A stretch of DNA of 54,940 bases, the filler included, from Jimgerdemannia flammicorona (Eukaryota), in the NCBI GenBank assembly GCA_003990765.1. It is 3 parts of 3 records of this genome, joined end to end, with 100 filler letters (N's around TTAATTAATTAA, not from the genome) between each part and the next. Parts side by side here need not be neighbours in the genome. Positions count along the whole stretch, not along the records: positions 1 to 18,259 come from RBNJ01002251.1; 2 more parts are not named here. One strand, 5' to 3'. The notes beneath the pieces are model-generated. The model searched no databases and was not told where the DNA came from. It worked only from the letters and a program-made list of their open reading frames with translations. The translations under genes and the position numbers were made by a program. Below are positions 1-11,226 of this stretch, piece after piece (the first letter of the stretch is position 1; each line of letters opens with the position of its first letter).

Positions 1-862
1 AAAAAAAGAGAGAAATAATATATTGTTTTTGTCTAAAACAGTTTAAATATTAGTAAAAAGTGTCAGTTTTATTATTAGAAAAGATATTTATTATTAAATA
101 TTTTAATTTATAATAAAGAAGTTATTTATAAATTGAAAAAATAATATAATATTAAATTATTTAAATATATTAATTAAAATTAACTTATTTAAATTATTAT
201 ACTAAAAATAAAAAAAAATTGTAATATAATTAAAATATTTTATATTTATATTAATTTTAATAAATAATTATATTATTAAATAATAAGCTTAATTTGATAA
301 TAAATCTTTTAATTAATATAATATATCTCTTAATCTATAGTATAAATAAATATATCTACAAAAATATTTAATATAAAATATCACACTTTATACTATATAT
401 CATATATAATTAATACTTAGTATACTCTTTAATACTATAACTTAAGTATTTTTAATATTTATTTTTAATATATCTATAATTTTGAGATATAATTACTTAT
501 TAGAGAATACAAATTCTATAAGCATAACCTTTAGCTAATTTGAATAGAGAGATCTGATAACATCTATTCTCTGATCTATTTATATATAGTCTTCCTCTTC
601 AATTTCATTATTCTGTTTTACTGTAGAGGTAATAAGTGAATTTTTCCCTCTATAGTTAAGATATGAATAATCTGTTAAAATTTTACTATTAGGAGCAAGA
701 TTTGTTCTACCATGGCAAGGACAACTTACCACTTCTATATTAATTTATCAGATAAACCCATTATAGTTTTCTCAAATATTGACAAAAAAAACTGAATGAC
801 AAACAAAGCTTTGGAAACCTCAGCAGAAATTGTATACTCTTCTAAATAGATATATGCTTGCT

Positions 863-905
<43 letters not shown>

Positions 906-2415
906 ACATGAAATCAGTTATGATAGATAGAGTGGCAGTGTGTCTAGAGACAAGCAGAGTGCAGAATTTGTAGACCTGCACCTGGCAATAGACAACTCCC
1001 AAGCTGCTGAATTGCCAAGTCTATGAAACTGATGAGAAACAAAAAGTAGAAAGGCCCAAAAGTCAATACATATATGTTCTGAGTAGTGATGTGAAGTTTA
1101 GTCAATCCATGAACATCAGGCAAATTATCTACTTTGCCAATTTCATATACTATATATAGATATTCTTTGCCCAAATTTTGAATTATTTGTATACTATTAT
1201 CCTAAAGAAGATAGTGTATCATTTCTAATATCTTATAATTTTAAAGAAAAAAAGATAGCAAGATAAAAGAAATACCTATCTCATTCTTATAGAGAAATTT
1301 AACAGCTTTTTGATAATTTGCTAAAATGTCATTTTCCAGTATAGCTAATATATTGAAAATCATCCTGTATCTCTTACTATTCTTCTGTTGAGATGATCTG
1401 ACTCTTGCTGAAAAGATTAACTATGATATCTTTCTTCCTAAGCATTAACTCTATAATATTGAGTCTAGTATAATATATAATCATTTAGGTCTGCTTTATT
1501 TAACTTTCAATTATATTCATATTTATTAGCCTTCAAATTATTACAATAGCTGCATTATGTTCAGTAATATAAAATATATATATATATATATATATATATG
1601 GAAATTTAATATCTTTCCAAAATCTTTTAACCTCTGAATTATCCTGAGAATGAAAATAACTAAGTGTGAATATTGTATAGATAGTACTAGAAATTGAGAA
1701 TATAAGCAACAAATATATATTTACCAAATTAAGTTCAAATGGTTTGATATATTTCTTAATATACTGTGGTATATCCATAGATTGGATATACCTAAGATAT
1801 TGCTTATAGGTTTGGTATAGGGATGTCTTCTCACTAAGGTTGATTCTTCTTTCACTCTGGATGAATTTCAGAAATTTGATACAGATCCACTTATGCCAGA
1901 GTATGTTTATGAAAATTGGAGATATATCAGAGATTTCAATGGTGTCATCACTCATTTTGCTACATTTGAGTGAAGTTTAACAAGAGAAATAGAGGAAGAG
2001 TATGCTCACCTAGTAGACTCTCATAGCTCTTTGAATCCACTGAAATACCTATTACTATACTTATAGGAAATATAAGGCAGGGTAGAGATATGTGTTGAGT
2101 ATAAATCTCAGTAGCATATAGTGATATATGGAATGTTTATTTATGAAGAAAAAGGTGATATCACCAAATTCTACCTAATAGAGAGGCTACATATATGTAA
2201 ATTTGCCTGCATGTGACTATAGGTTAAGGGATATGTAATAGTAGATTTATTTTTAGTCTTAATAGATTCTATCTTGATATATTATATAAAATATTTCTCA
2301 AATAATAATTACTCTTATTAATAGTAACTATTTATAATATTTCAACTTCTATATAGATTAATTTTTAATTTCAATAGATTTTAATATTAATACTTTATAT
2401 AGAGAATTTATTAGT

Positions 2416-2495
2416 AACACCTTTCTCTAGTAATATTCAAGTGATACAAACTTCTAATAACTCTCAAGATATCATTTTTGGAAAAAAGATACTAG
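2416..2495 (+). mobile_element. 5' UTR of the L1/Tx1-like LINE, separated from its body by the gypsy insertion
   Basis: Aligns by eye to 54603-54683 of the young copy (...gaaaaaagatactag vs ...gagaaaagctactag). Confidence 0.75.
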
Positions 2496-4030
2496 TGTCA
2501 CATAGTGGTCACTAAGTCCTTTAAATATGCCAGATTCTCTTCAAGGTGTATCTCTTAGACTAACTCAAGTTTATTATAAGCAAGTTCTTATTGGAGTGCC
2601 TTCCCAAGGTCTTATAGTCCTCAAACTTCTTATCTTTAAACTGTCTTGTTATCTCTTAGATTACTTGTAAGGAAGTGTGTATATTATACTAAGAAGAACT
2701 AACTTTATTTCAGAGAAAATAAGAGGGGTATTTATACAAAATATAATTCAATAGTTGCTAAGATATAAGGCTAAATATAAATTACAATAACTAAAACTAC
2801 TAAGTTCCAGGGCTGGCACTGATAGTTGTACAGGTTCAGAATACTGATATTATTTAGTGTCATATCAAAATACTAGTGCTGGAACAATTTTGCATCACCT
2901 CAGAATACTAGTGCCAGCATTATCCAGTGTTACATGAGAATACTGGTGCTGGTATTATTCAGTGTAATAAAGAACTTAGAGCAGAAAGTTCAGGACCATG
3001 GGAGCTTCATCCTTGTCATTATCATCACTGAAGGAGATGAGATCCATGAACTTGTTATGTAGGTTGCATATTTCACATACTTCATATGGGATGACGTCAT
3101 CACTGATGACATCATCACATTCAGCAGGGAAATCAGAAACAAGATCTGGAGCTCTCCAGTCTATGAGGTTCTCTTCTACAAAATAGAGAACAAATGTGGG
3201 GTCTTGGGGAGATCTAACCTGGATATTTGAGCCTTGAAATACTGAGATCAATCCTTACAGGAATTGGTCTGGGTTGTCCTGAAGGATAGGATGCCAGAAG
3301 TCTTCTACTTCTTTACTGTTGAGGGTGATAGTGGACTGGGCTTCTGTAGCCACCCTGGCTTCTAGTATATTGATATGATGGGATGATAGATCTCTGAAGT
3401 CTGAGGCTCTGACATACTCCAAGTTGGGGATTGACCATGGTACATGTCTGAAGATCTGATAGATCTTCTTAGCTGTCCTCATTTTGCATATATCTATGGG
3501 AGTGACATCTTGTAGCTCTTGGGTGCTGGCCTGTGGGAACTCCCAGCAGAGGAGGTTTCCTATTTCATACTCCTGCTATATTTGGAGGCATTTGGTAGCA
3601 ATGGTGATCTTTGTTTCTATTTCATGGTAGTAGAGAATGAAGTGATAAGGGTCTGCAGTACCCAGGTGGACACTAGGAGTCCTTCTTGAGCAGGTCCCCA
3701 TGGCTCTTCTGATGTCTTGGAACATCCTTTCCTCGACTGAGATACCTTGGTGATTCCTTGACCTTGAGATTTGGTGGGCAGCAGATATTTCATTTGTGGT
3801 AAGTCTTTGAGCTATTTTGGGATTGGTGGTTCTTATTGGTTACTGCTACTGCAGTTCCTTGATCCTTCTTTTATATTCTTCAGGATACTTGTACTGTGGT
3901 CACAATGACTCACAGTTGGTCATCATTGCTCATCTCATATGCTATATGATCTTCTTGTGCTCTGATCTGGTGGCTTACAAGGAAAGGCTGTCTCCTGTAC
4001 TGATGTCATCATTCTGGAGTCACTATTACA
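2496..4030 (-). repeat. 3' LTR of gypsy element 1
   Basis: TGTCACATAG...TATTACA, colinear with 9692-11226 (offset 7196); differences are mostly transitions. Confidence 0.95.
2976..3815 (-). pseudogene. ~280-codon LTR-embedded ORF of unknown function (3' LTR copy)
   Basis: ORF-track fragments 3255-3482 and 2976-3251 are one frame that extends upstream (MFQDIRR...YEIGNLL...TAKKIYQIFRHVPWSIPNL...LSSHHI). Stops are transition-derived and differ between the two LTRs; presumed start is ATA (from ATG) at 3815. Confidence 0.75.
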
Positions 4031-4040
4031 TCTTCCTCCT
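4031..4040 (-). other. Polypurine tract of gypsy element 1
   Basis: Minus strand reads AGGAGGAAGA immediately before the 3' LTR. Confidence 0.85.
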
Positions 4041-4399
4041 GAATAAGGATCTTCCTGAGCATCCTTATTCATTGGTCCAGTCCTGAAAAATTTTCTGATC
4101 CCATAACCTCTGGCAAGGGGTTGAAAAGTGGTATTTATGGGCTAGCATCTTCTCTTTGTATTTTGGCATAATGGTGAAGGGTTGCTCCCTTCATATAGAG
4201 CAAGGGCCTGATTCTGATCTTAACCAATCAGTTGATGGTTTGAACTCCTCTGACTTCGAAAGTCTCATAGATGAGTAGTTGCCAGTGCCATATCCCTTAG
4301 AGAATGGTCCAGACAGATAGCCTGCTGGTCATGGGACATGCTGTTATGATTCATGGACTAGAACCTCATGGGCGGTCATTATATTTTGCTTCTCTTATA

Positions 4400-7300
4400 T
4401 AGGTTCATGGTACTTCTTGAGTCTGTTCCTATGTACTGTGGTAGGTAGTATGGTCCCTGAGATTTTTCTAAGCCAGAAGATAGTTCCCTTGATATCTTGC
4501 ACATAGAAGGGTCCTTCCCATTTGGGCTCCAGTTTTCGTAACCATGAGGCTTCTACTATATTTTGATATAGTAGAACCTTTTCTCCAATCCGGATGGGTT
4601 CTAGGGCCTTGTGATTCTTTTCTATATTCTTCTTTGTCAGCGCTTGTGACTTGGTGATATAATCTTCAGCCTTCTTCCTGATTTGGTGTAGTCTCCGGAT
4701 TTCTGTATCAACCTATCTCCAAGTTAGGTCTAGATTTGTGGCTGAGGTTCTATCAGAATCTTCTTCTCTGAAGAGCAGCTCCCTTGGGGTAAAGTGTGTG
4801 CTCTGTGACCATATGTCTCATAGGACAGAGAGGGCAGTTGGGAGGTAGTTATCCCAATTCTTATATATTTCCGAGATCTTCACTAGGATGTTCTTGAGGG
4901 TCTTGTTGGTTCTCTCTGCCTGTCCATTTCCTTGAGGGTGATATGCGGTGGTCTTGATGTGCTGGATCTTGTATTTCTAATACATTATCTCATGGAATCC
5001 ATTGACAAATTTCATTCCATGGTCTGTTGTGATTTACTTTGGTGTCTTGTAGTAGCAGATGATTTCTCGGTGTAGGAAGTCGGTTATAGAGAGGGCATTG
5101 GCTTCTTGTAATGCTCCTGCCTCTATCCATTTGGTGAAGAGGTCTACAATAACTATAATATAGCAGTTTCCTGATAGTGTTACTAGTAGTAGTCCAATGA
5201 TAATTCTTTATGACCCAGGTGCCTGGTCTTACTGATCTTATTTCTGTTTTTGGCACTTGTCACACCCTTTGACAAATTGGCACAGGTCTTCTTCTATCTT
5301 GGACCACCACATGGTTCTTCTTATCTTGTCATATGTATTGGTTCCTCCTAAGTATCCTTGCTTGTATACTTCCTTCATTACTTGATACTTCTTATGTTCA
5401 GGTATTACTAGCTTTTCTCCTTTTCTAAGTATAGTGTTGTCTAATTCAAACTATTTCCAAGTCCGGTTAATGATAGTGGTGTCCAGGGTTCGAGGTGGTT
5501 GGGCATCTTCTACTGCCTAAGATAGCTGATTAATCCATAGTATAGCTCCTTATTCATGTTGAATAGTCTTGATGGGGGTGTTTCGGGGTATCTTTGAGAG
5601 TGCATCGGTATTGGTATTGGTCTTTCCTGAGCAGTACTTGATAGTACAGTCATACTCTTACAGTCTGTAGATCCATCTGGCATATATTCCTTTGGGGTTC
5701 AGAGTGTGGAATAGCCAGGCAAGAGCAGAATGGTCTATTTGAATAGTGAAGTATTTCCTAGCTAGGTAGTAGTGAAACTTGTCTACTGCCTAGACTACTG
5801 CTAAGCATTCAAGCTTATATGACTCATAGTTCTGTTCTGCTCCACAGGTATCTCAGCTTGCATAGGAGATGACATATTCATGTCCATCTTTCTTCTGAGC
5901 TAGGACTGCTCCAAGTCCTATAGCACTCGCATCTGTCTGCAGGATGAATTCTAGGTTCCAGTCTGGTCTTCTGAGGATAGATACTTGGGTCAACCTGATC
6001 TTGAGTTCATTGAAGGTTTCTTGGTACTCCTTGGTCTATTTGAATTTGGTCTCCTTCTTCAGTAGCTCATAGATAGGTACTGCAATGTTAGAGTATCCTT
6101 TGATGAATCTTCTGTAGTAGCTGGCCAGTCCAAGGAAGGTGTGGACTTCTGTGGTTGTTCTGGATCTCAGGTAGACTGCAATAGCCTTGATCTTCATGGG
6201 GTCTGTATGGATTCCAGTCTGGTTGATGAGGTATCCTAGATAGGCAATTTCTTGAGCTGCAAACTTGCATTTCTTGGGCTTGATGTAGAGGCCATGCTCC
6301 TTAAGCCTCTTGAGGGCTAGCTGTATGTGATTGACATGTTCCTGTATAGTATTGCTGAAGATGATCACATCATCAATATAGACAAAGAGTCATTTTCCAA
6401 TCTCATTGCTGAAGACTCTGTTCATCATTTGCTGGAAACTTACTGGGGCATTGTACATTCCAAATGGCATTCGCAGATAGATATAGGTGGCATCAGGTGT
6501 GATGAAGGCTGATTTCCCACTGGCATCTTGAGTGAGACCAATCTGATGGAAGCCTGAGAACAGATCCAAGGTGGTATAGTATTTGGCTTTGCTTCCAAGG
6601 GTGATAAGGATTTCTTGAATATTCGGCAAGAGCTGCCTATCCTTCTTGGTGATGGCATTGAGCTTCCTGTAGTCAATACAGAGTCTTGGTGCAAACTCTC
6701 CAGGCTTGCTTCCTTTCTTCAGGGCTAGGACAATGGGTGAGGCCCAGGAGTTGATAGCTTGCTTAATGATTCCAGCTTCTTCCATTTACTTGAGTTCTGC
6801 TTGTAGCCACTCTCTGTAGGCAGGTGGTATGGGTCTGGCTTTCTGATAGATGGGCATGGTATCACCGGTGTCAACTTTGTGATAGTACTTAGGCTCTTGA
6901 TTGTGGATATCCCTAAAGTCTGTAGCAAGTACTCCTTTGTTCTGATGCAGGATCTTGAGAAGTTGTTTCTCCAGAGGAAAGTTTTCTCTAATGGTATATG
7001 TGTACTTGTTCTGGTCCTTGTCTTTCTTGTACTCAAGTTCAGCAATCTTGGTGGTAGCATAGGCTCCTCTTCCAGTAGATCCAAAGCCTTGTTCTCCTCT
7101 CTTGGTCTTGATGAGTTCGATGGCTTCTATGATCTTGGGCTTCTTGATTTCGTGGATCAGCATCTGGCCAATCCTGTCATACTTCTTGACTTCGAAGGGG
7201 GTGGTGTGGTTGTGATTTCTAACTATAAGGAAGATCTCACTAGTGTAATCAGGGTCAATTACTCCTCCTTCAACTGAGATTTCACTTTTGGCCAAACTGC

Positions 7301-9634
7301 TTCTGGTCTTGATAATTCTGGCATAGTTTTCTGGTAACTTGACTCTAATTCCAGTGCCAAGTAGGGTGGTGGTCTGTGGTTCGAGGGTAGCATCTTGAAT
7401 ACTGACAAGGTCCATTCCTATGGCTCCTTCAGTCTTGTATTCTGGGATCTTGGCTTCAGGGTGAGACTTCTTGACTTTGAGAGTAATGTCTGATTCTTGT
7501 TCCTCCTCATCATCACTGTCAGCTTGAAGCTCTGGGGGCTGGTCATCTTCTTTGGCTTTCCTTTTTGTTTTGGTAGCTTCTTGCTCATGTTTCTGTTGGT
7601 GGATTTTTCTGACTTCACTGATACAGGACCAGCAGTCATTCAGGTGTTCGGAGCAGTACATTCTAGTACCATGGGGGCATCTTCCTTGAGGGGCATAGCC
7701 ATCAATGATCTTATTGTACCACTGCTCATCTGTGAGTTTAGGTATCTTGTTCTTATTCTTGTTCACCGAGTGCATGAAGACTTCTGTGTCTTCATCTCTT
7801 TCCTCTATGTCTGGTAGGACTCCTTTGTGGACATTGATAGAGACTTATACCTTTCTTTCTCTGTAGTTGATCTGTATCTTCTAGGCATTAAGGTCAATAA
7901 TGGCCTTGACCTTGTGAAGCCATTGGTTGCCAATGAGAATGTCATAGTTGGTGGTACTTGTAACAATCACATCTACTGAGATGGTAGCTCCTCCTATCTT
8001 AATGGGACTTCTCGGATTTTGCCAAGGAGAATAGCTCATGTACCATCTGCTGTGACATAGACCATCTTGATGGACTCTTCAATGTCCCACCCTAGGCAGT
8101 CAATTGCCTTCATGCTCATGAGACATCCTCCAGCACTAGTATCAATGATGGCATCAAAGATATAGTCTTCAATCTGACAGGGGGTATAGGCTGATGTCTT
8201 GTGCTAGTCTTCAGATTCTTCACCTGAGTTCTCAGATTCTTCCTGTGCATTGTGAGCTTCTACAATCTTGTACTCTTGATTCTTGGCAGTAGTTGCAAGT
8301 CCTACTCTCAACTGCTGTCTGAAGGCAGGGACTTTAGCTAGCTGTTCAAAAGTAGCATTAACCTTCTGTTCCTTGAGGTCCTTGTAGATGTCATATTGGT
8401 GGATCTTGGTCTTGTGCAGCTTCTGTTTCTTCTTGCTTTCGCTTTCTCCTGAGACTGGAGTAGTGCCTTCTATGATTTGGCAGGCAGCTTCATCTAACTC
8501 CATATCTTGATCAATCTCCTTGGGTTGGGTCTTACTTTGAATAGTGACAGCTGGGGTCTTCTTTGGTCTTCCAACTGGTTTGCTGTTGCTCTTCTTGTCA
8601 TAGGGCTTGGACCAGGTTCTGGTACCTTCGATAGCAAAGTAGAATTCGAGCTCCTCATAGTATTCTTCATCATCAGTGTCACCGATCTCCTCAATGACTA
8701 CTGCATTGGTTTGTTCTCTGGTTCTGCTAGCATTGCTTGGTTGGGCTTTGCATCTTGTTTTGGTTATGCAACTCTTTGCATAGTGGCCTTCTTCTCTACA
8801 TCTGAAGCATGTGATATTGCATTCTTCTGTAGCAGCTGCAAATCTCTGCACTAGTCTCTTGTTAGTGCTTTGGACCTCTCTAACAACATCACCAAGATGT
8901 GCAGTCATCTTGGTGAACTGCTTGGCGAGTTCTTCCACTGGATCAGCTTTGGCTATCTTGGGGGTAGGTGGGGTTGGTTGTCTGTTTATGACTGTGGTAG
9001 GTAAGATACTAGTTGACTTTGATGGCTCTATCTTGATGCCAGTTATTTTCTCCATTGAGTGTTCGGCAGGGTGTCTGGCAGTCCAATATTTCTGTGCAAA
9101 GACCACTTTCTGATCAAGGGTCAGTGTAGCCGAAGTAGACCAGATTGCTAGGGCAATTTCAGGGTGAACTCCTTTGAGGAAGATTGAATCCACTATTTGT
9201 TCCTTGAGGTAGTCATCATAGCCAGCCAAGACAATCTGATGGCAAATTCAGATATAGAATGAGTTAGAATCTTCACTAAGTCCCTGGCAGATAGTATTGA
9301 GTTGATCCTTGAGAGCTTGCTTGATCTCTTCAGTATAATATGTTATTCTGAGGAAGACCTTCATGTTGGTAAGTTTGGCTGCATCAGCATCAGTAATAGT
9401 GGCTGCATTGAACTTATCTCTAACAGGTCCTCTGAGGCTGACTGATAGAAGGGCCAATTGAGTATCTACACCAAGGGCTTGTATAGTGGCAAATTATTCA
9501 AAGTCTTCAATGAAGGTTAGGATTGACTCTACAGTAGTATATCCATAGAATGTGGGGGGATGTATTTCCATCTTATCTTGAATTCTTGCAGGGGTGACTC
9601 TTGTAGTCAGGGTAGTTGTTGTGGGGGTTGTTCA
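4400..9634 (-). pseudogene. gag-pol polyprotein with stops and frameshifts (ends approximate)
   Basis: Gag PPTFYG; zinc knuckle CFRCREEGHYAKSC; protease AIIDTSAGG (~8150); dUTPase; RT LCIDYRKLN, LDLFSGFHQI, MPFG, YIDD (~6375); RNase H LQTDASAIGLGAVL; integrase with GPF motif (~4510); no chromodomain seen. Confidence 0.93.
7071..7485 (-). other. dUTPase domain between protease and RT
   Basis: Trimeric dUTPase motifs GMDL, RSSLA, GVIDPDY, RIGQML, RGEQGFGSTG within ORF 6786-7775. Confidence 0.95.
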
Positions 9635-9670
9635 TTTTTCAGCTTGAAAGTGAGGGATTTGTCTTGAATC

Positions 9671-9688
9671 ACTAGCCAATGGGCACCA
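9671..9688 (-). other. Primer-binding-site-like motif
   Basis: Minus strand reads TGGTGCCCATTGGCTAGT 3 nt after the 5' LTR; the TGG start complements tRNA CCA; cognate tRNA not determined. Confidence 0.7.
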
Positions 9689-9691
9689 AGT

Positions 9692-11226
9692 TGTCACATA
9701 GTGGTCACTGAGTCCTTCAAATATATCAGATTCTCTTCAAGATATATCTCTTTGACTAACTCAAGTTTGTTATAAGCAAGTTCTTATTGGAGTACCTTCT
9801 CAAGGTCTTATAGTCCTCAAACTTCTTATCTTTAAACTGTCTTGTTATCTCTTAGATTGCTTGCAAGGAAGTGTATATATTGTACTGAGAAGAACTAACT
9901 TTATTTCAGAGAAAATAAGAGAGGTATTTATACAAAATATAATTTAATGGTTGCTATGATATAAGGCTAAATATAAATTCCAATAACTAAAACTACTAAG
10001 TTCCAGGGCTGGCACTGATAGTTGTACAGATTCAGAATACTGGTATTATTTAGTATCACATCAAAATACCGGTGCTGGAACAATTTTGCATCACCTCAGA
10101 ATACCAGTGCTGGCATTATCCAGTGTTACATGAGAATACCGGTGCTGGTATTATTTAGTGTAATAAAGAACTTAGAGCAGAAATTTCAGGACCATGGGAG
10201 CTTCATCCTCATCATCATCATCACTGAAGGAGATGAGATCTGTGAACTTGTCATGTAGGTCGCACATTTCGCATACTTTATATGGGATGATGTCATTGCT
10301 GATGACATCATCACATTCAGCAGGGAAATCAGGAACAAGATCTGGAGCTCTCCAGTCTATGAGGTTCTCTTCCACAAAATAGAGAACAAATGTAGAGTCT
10401 TGGGGAGGTCTAATCTGGATGCTTGGGCCTTAAAATACTGAGATCAATCTTTGCAGGAATTGGTCTGGGTTGTCCTGAAGGATAGGATGCCAGAAGTCTT
10501 CTACTTCTTCACTATTGAGGGTGATAGTGGACTGGGCTTCTGTAGCCACTCTGGCTTCTAGTGCATTGATATGGTAGGATGATAGGTCTCTGAAGTCTGA
10601 GACTCTGACATACTCCAAGTTAGAGATTGATTATGGTACATGTCTGAAGATCTGATGGATCTTCTTAGCTGTCCTTATTTCACATATATCCATGGGAGTG
10701 GCATCTTGTAGCTCTTGGGTACTGGCCTGTGGGAACTTCCAGTAGAGGAGGTTTCCTATTTTGTACTCCTGTCACATTTGGAGGCATTCAGTAGTAATGG
10801 TGATCCTTGTTTCCATTTCATGGCAGTAGAGAATGAAGTAATAAGAGTCTGCAGTACCCAGGTGGACACTAGGAGTCCTTCTTGAGCAGGTCCCCATAGC
10901 TCTTCTGATGTCTTGGAACATCCTTTCCTTGACCGAGATACCTTGGTGATTTCTTGACCTTGAGGTTTGGCAGGCAGCAGGTATTTCATTTGTGGTAAGT
11001 CTTTGAGCTATTTTGGGATTGGTGGTTCTTATTAGTTACTGCTACTGCAGTTTCTTGATCCTTCTTTTATATTCTTCAGGATACTTATACTATGGTCACA
11101 ATGACTCACAGTGAGTCATCATTGCTCATCTCATATGCTATATGATCTTCTTGTACTCCAATCTGGTGGCTTGCAAGAAAAGGCTGTCTCCTGTACTGAT
11201 GTCATCATTCTGGGGTCACCATTACA
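9692..11226 (-). repeat. 5' LTR of gypsy element 1
   Basis: TGTCACATAG...CATTACA, with a PBS-like site next to it on the minus strand. Confidence 0.95.
10172..11011 (-). pseudogene. LTR-embedded ORF (5' LTR copy)
   Basis: Same frame at offset 7196; fragments 10430-10618 and 10172-10375. Confidence 0.75.

Larger units (their letters stand above)
2496..11226 (-). mobile_element. Full-length, degenerate Ty3/gypsy LTR retrotransposon with dUTPase (8731 bp)
   Basis: Two 1535-bp direct repeats with TG...CA ends; 4-bp CTAG duplication at 2492-2495 and 11227-11230; PPT and PBS-like sites; gag-PR-dUTPase-RT-RH-IN order on the minus strand. Confidence 0.96.
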
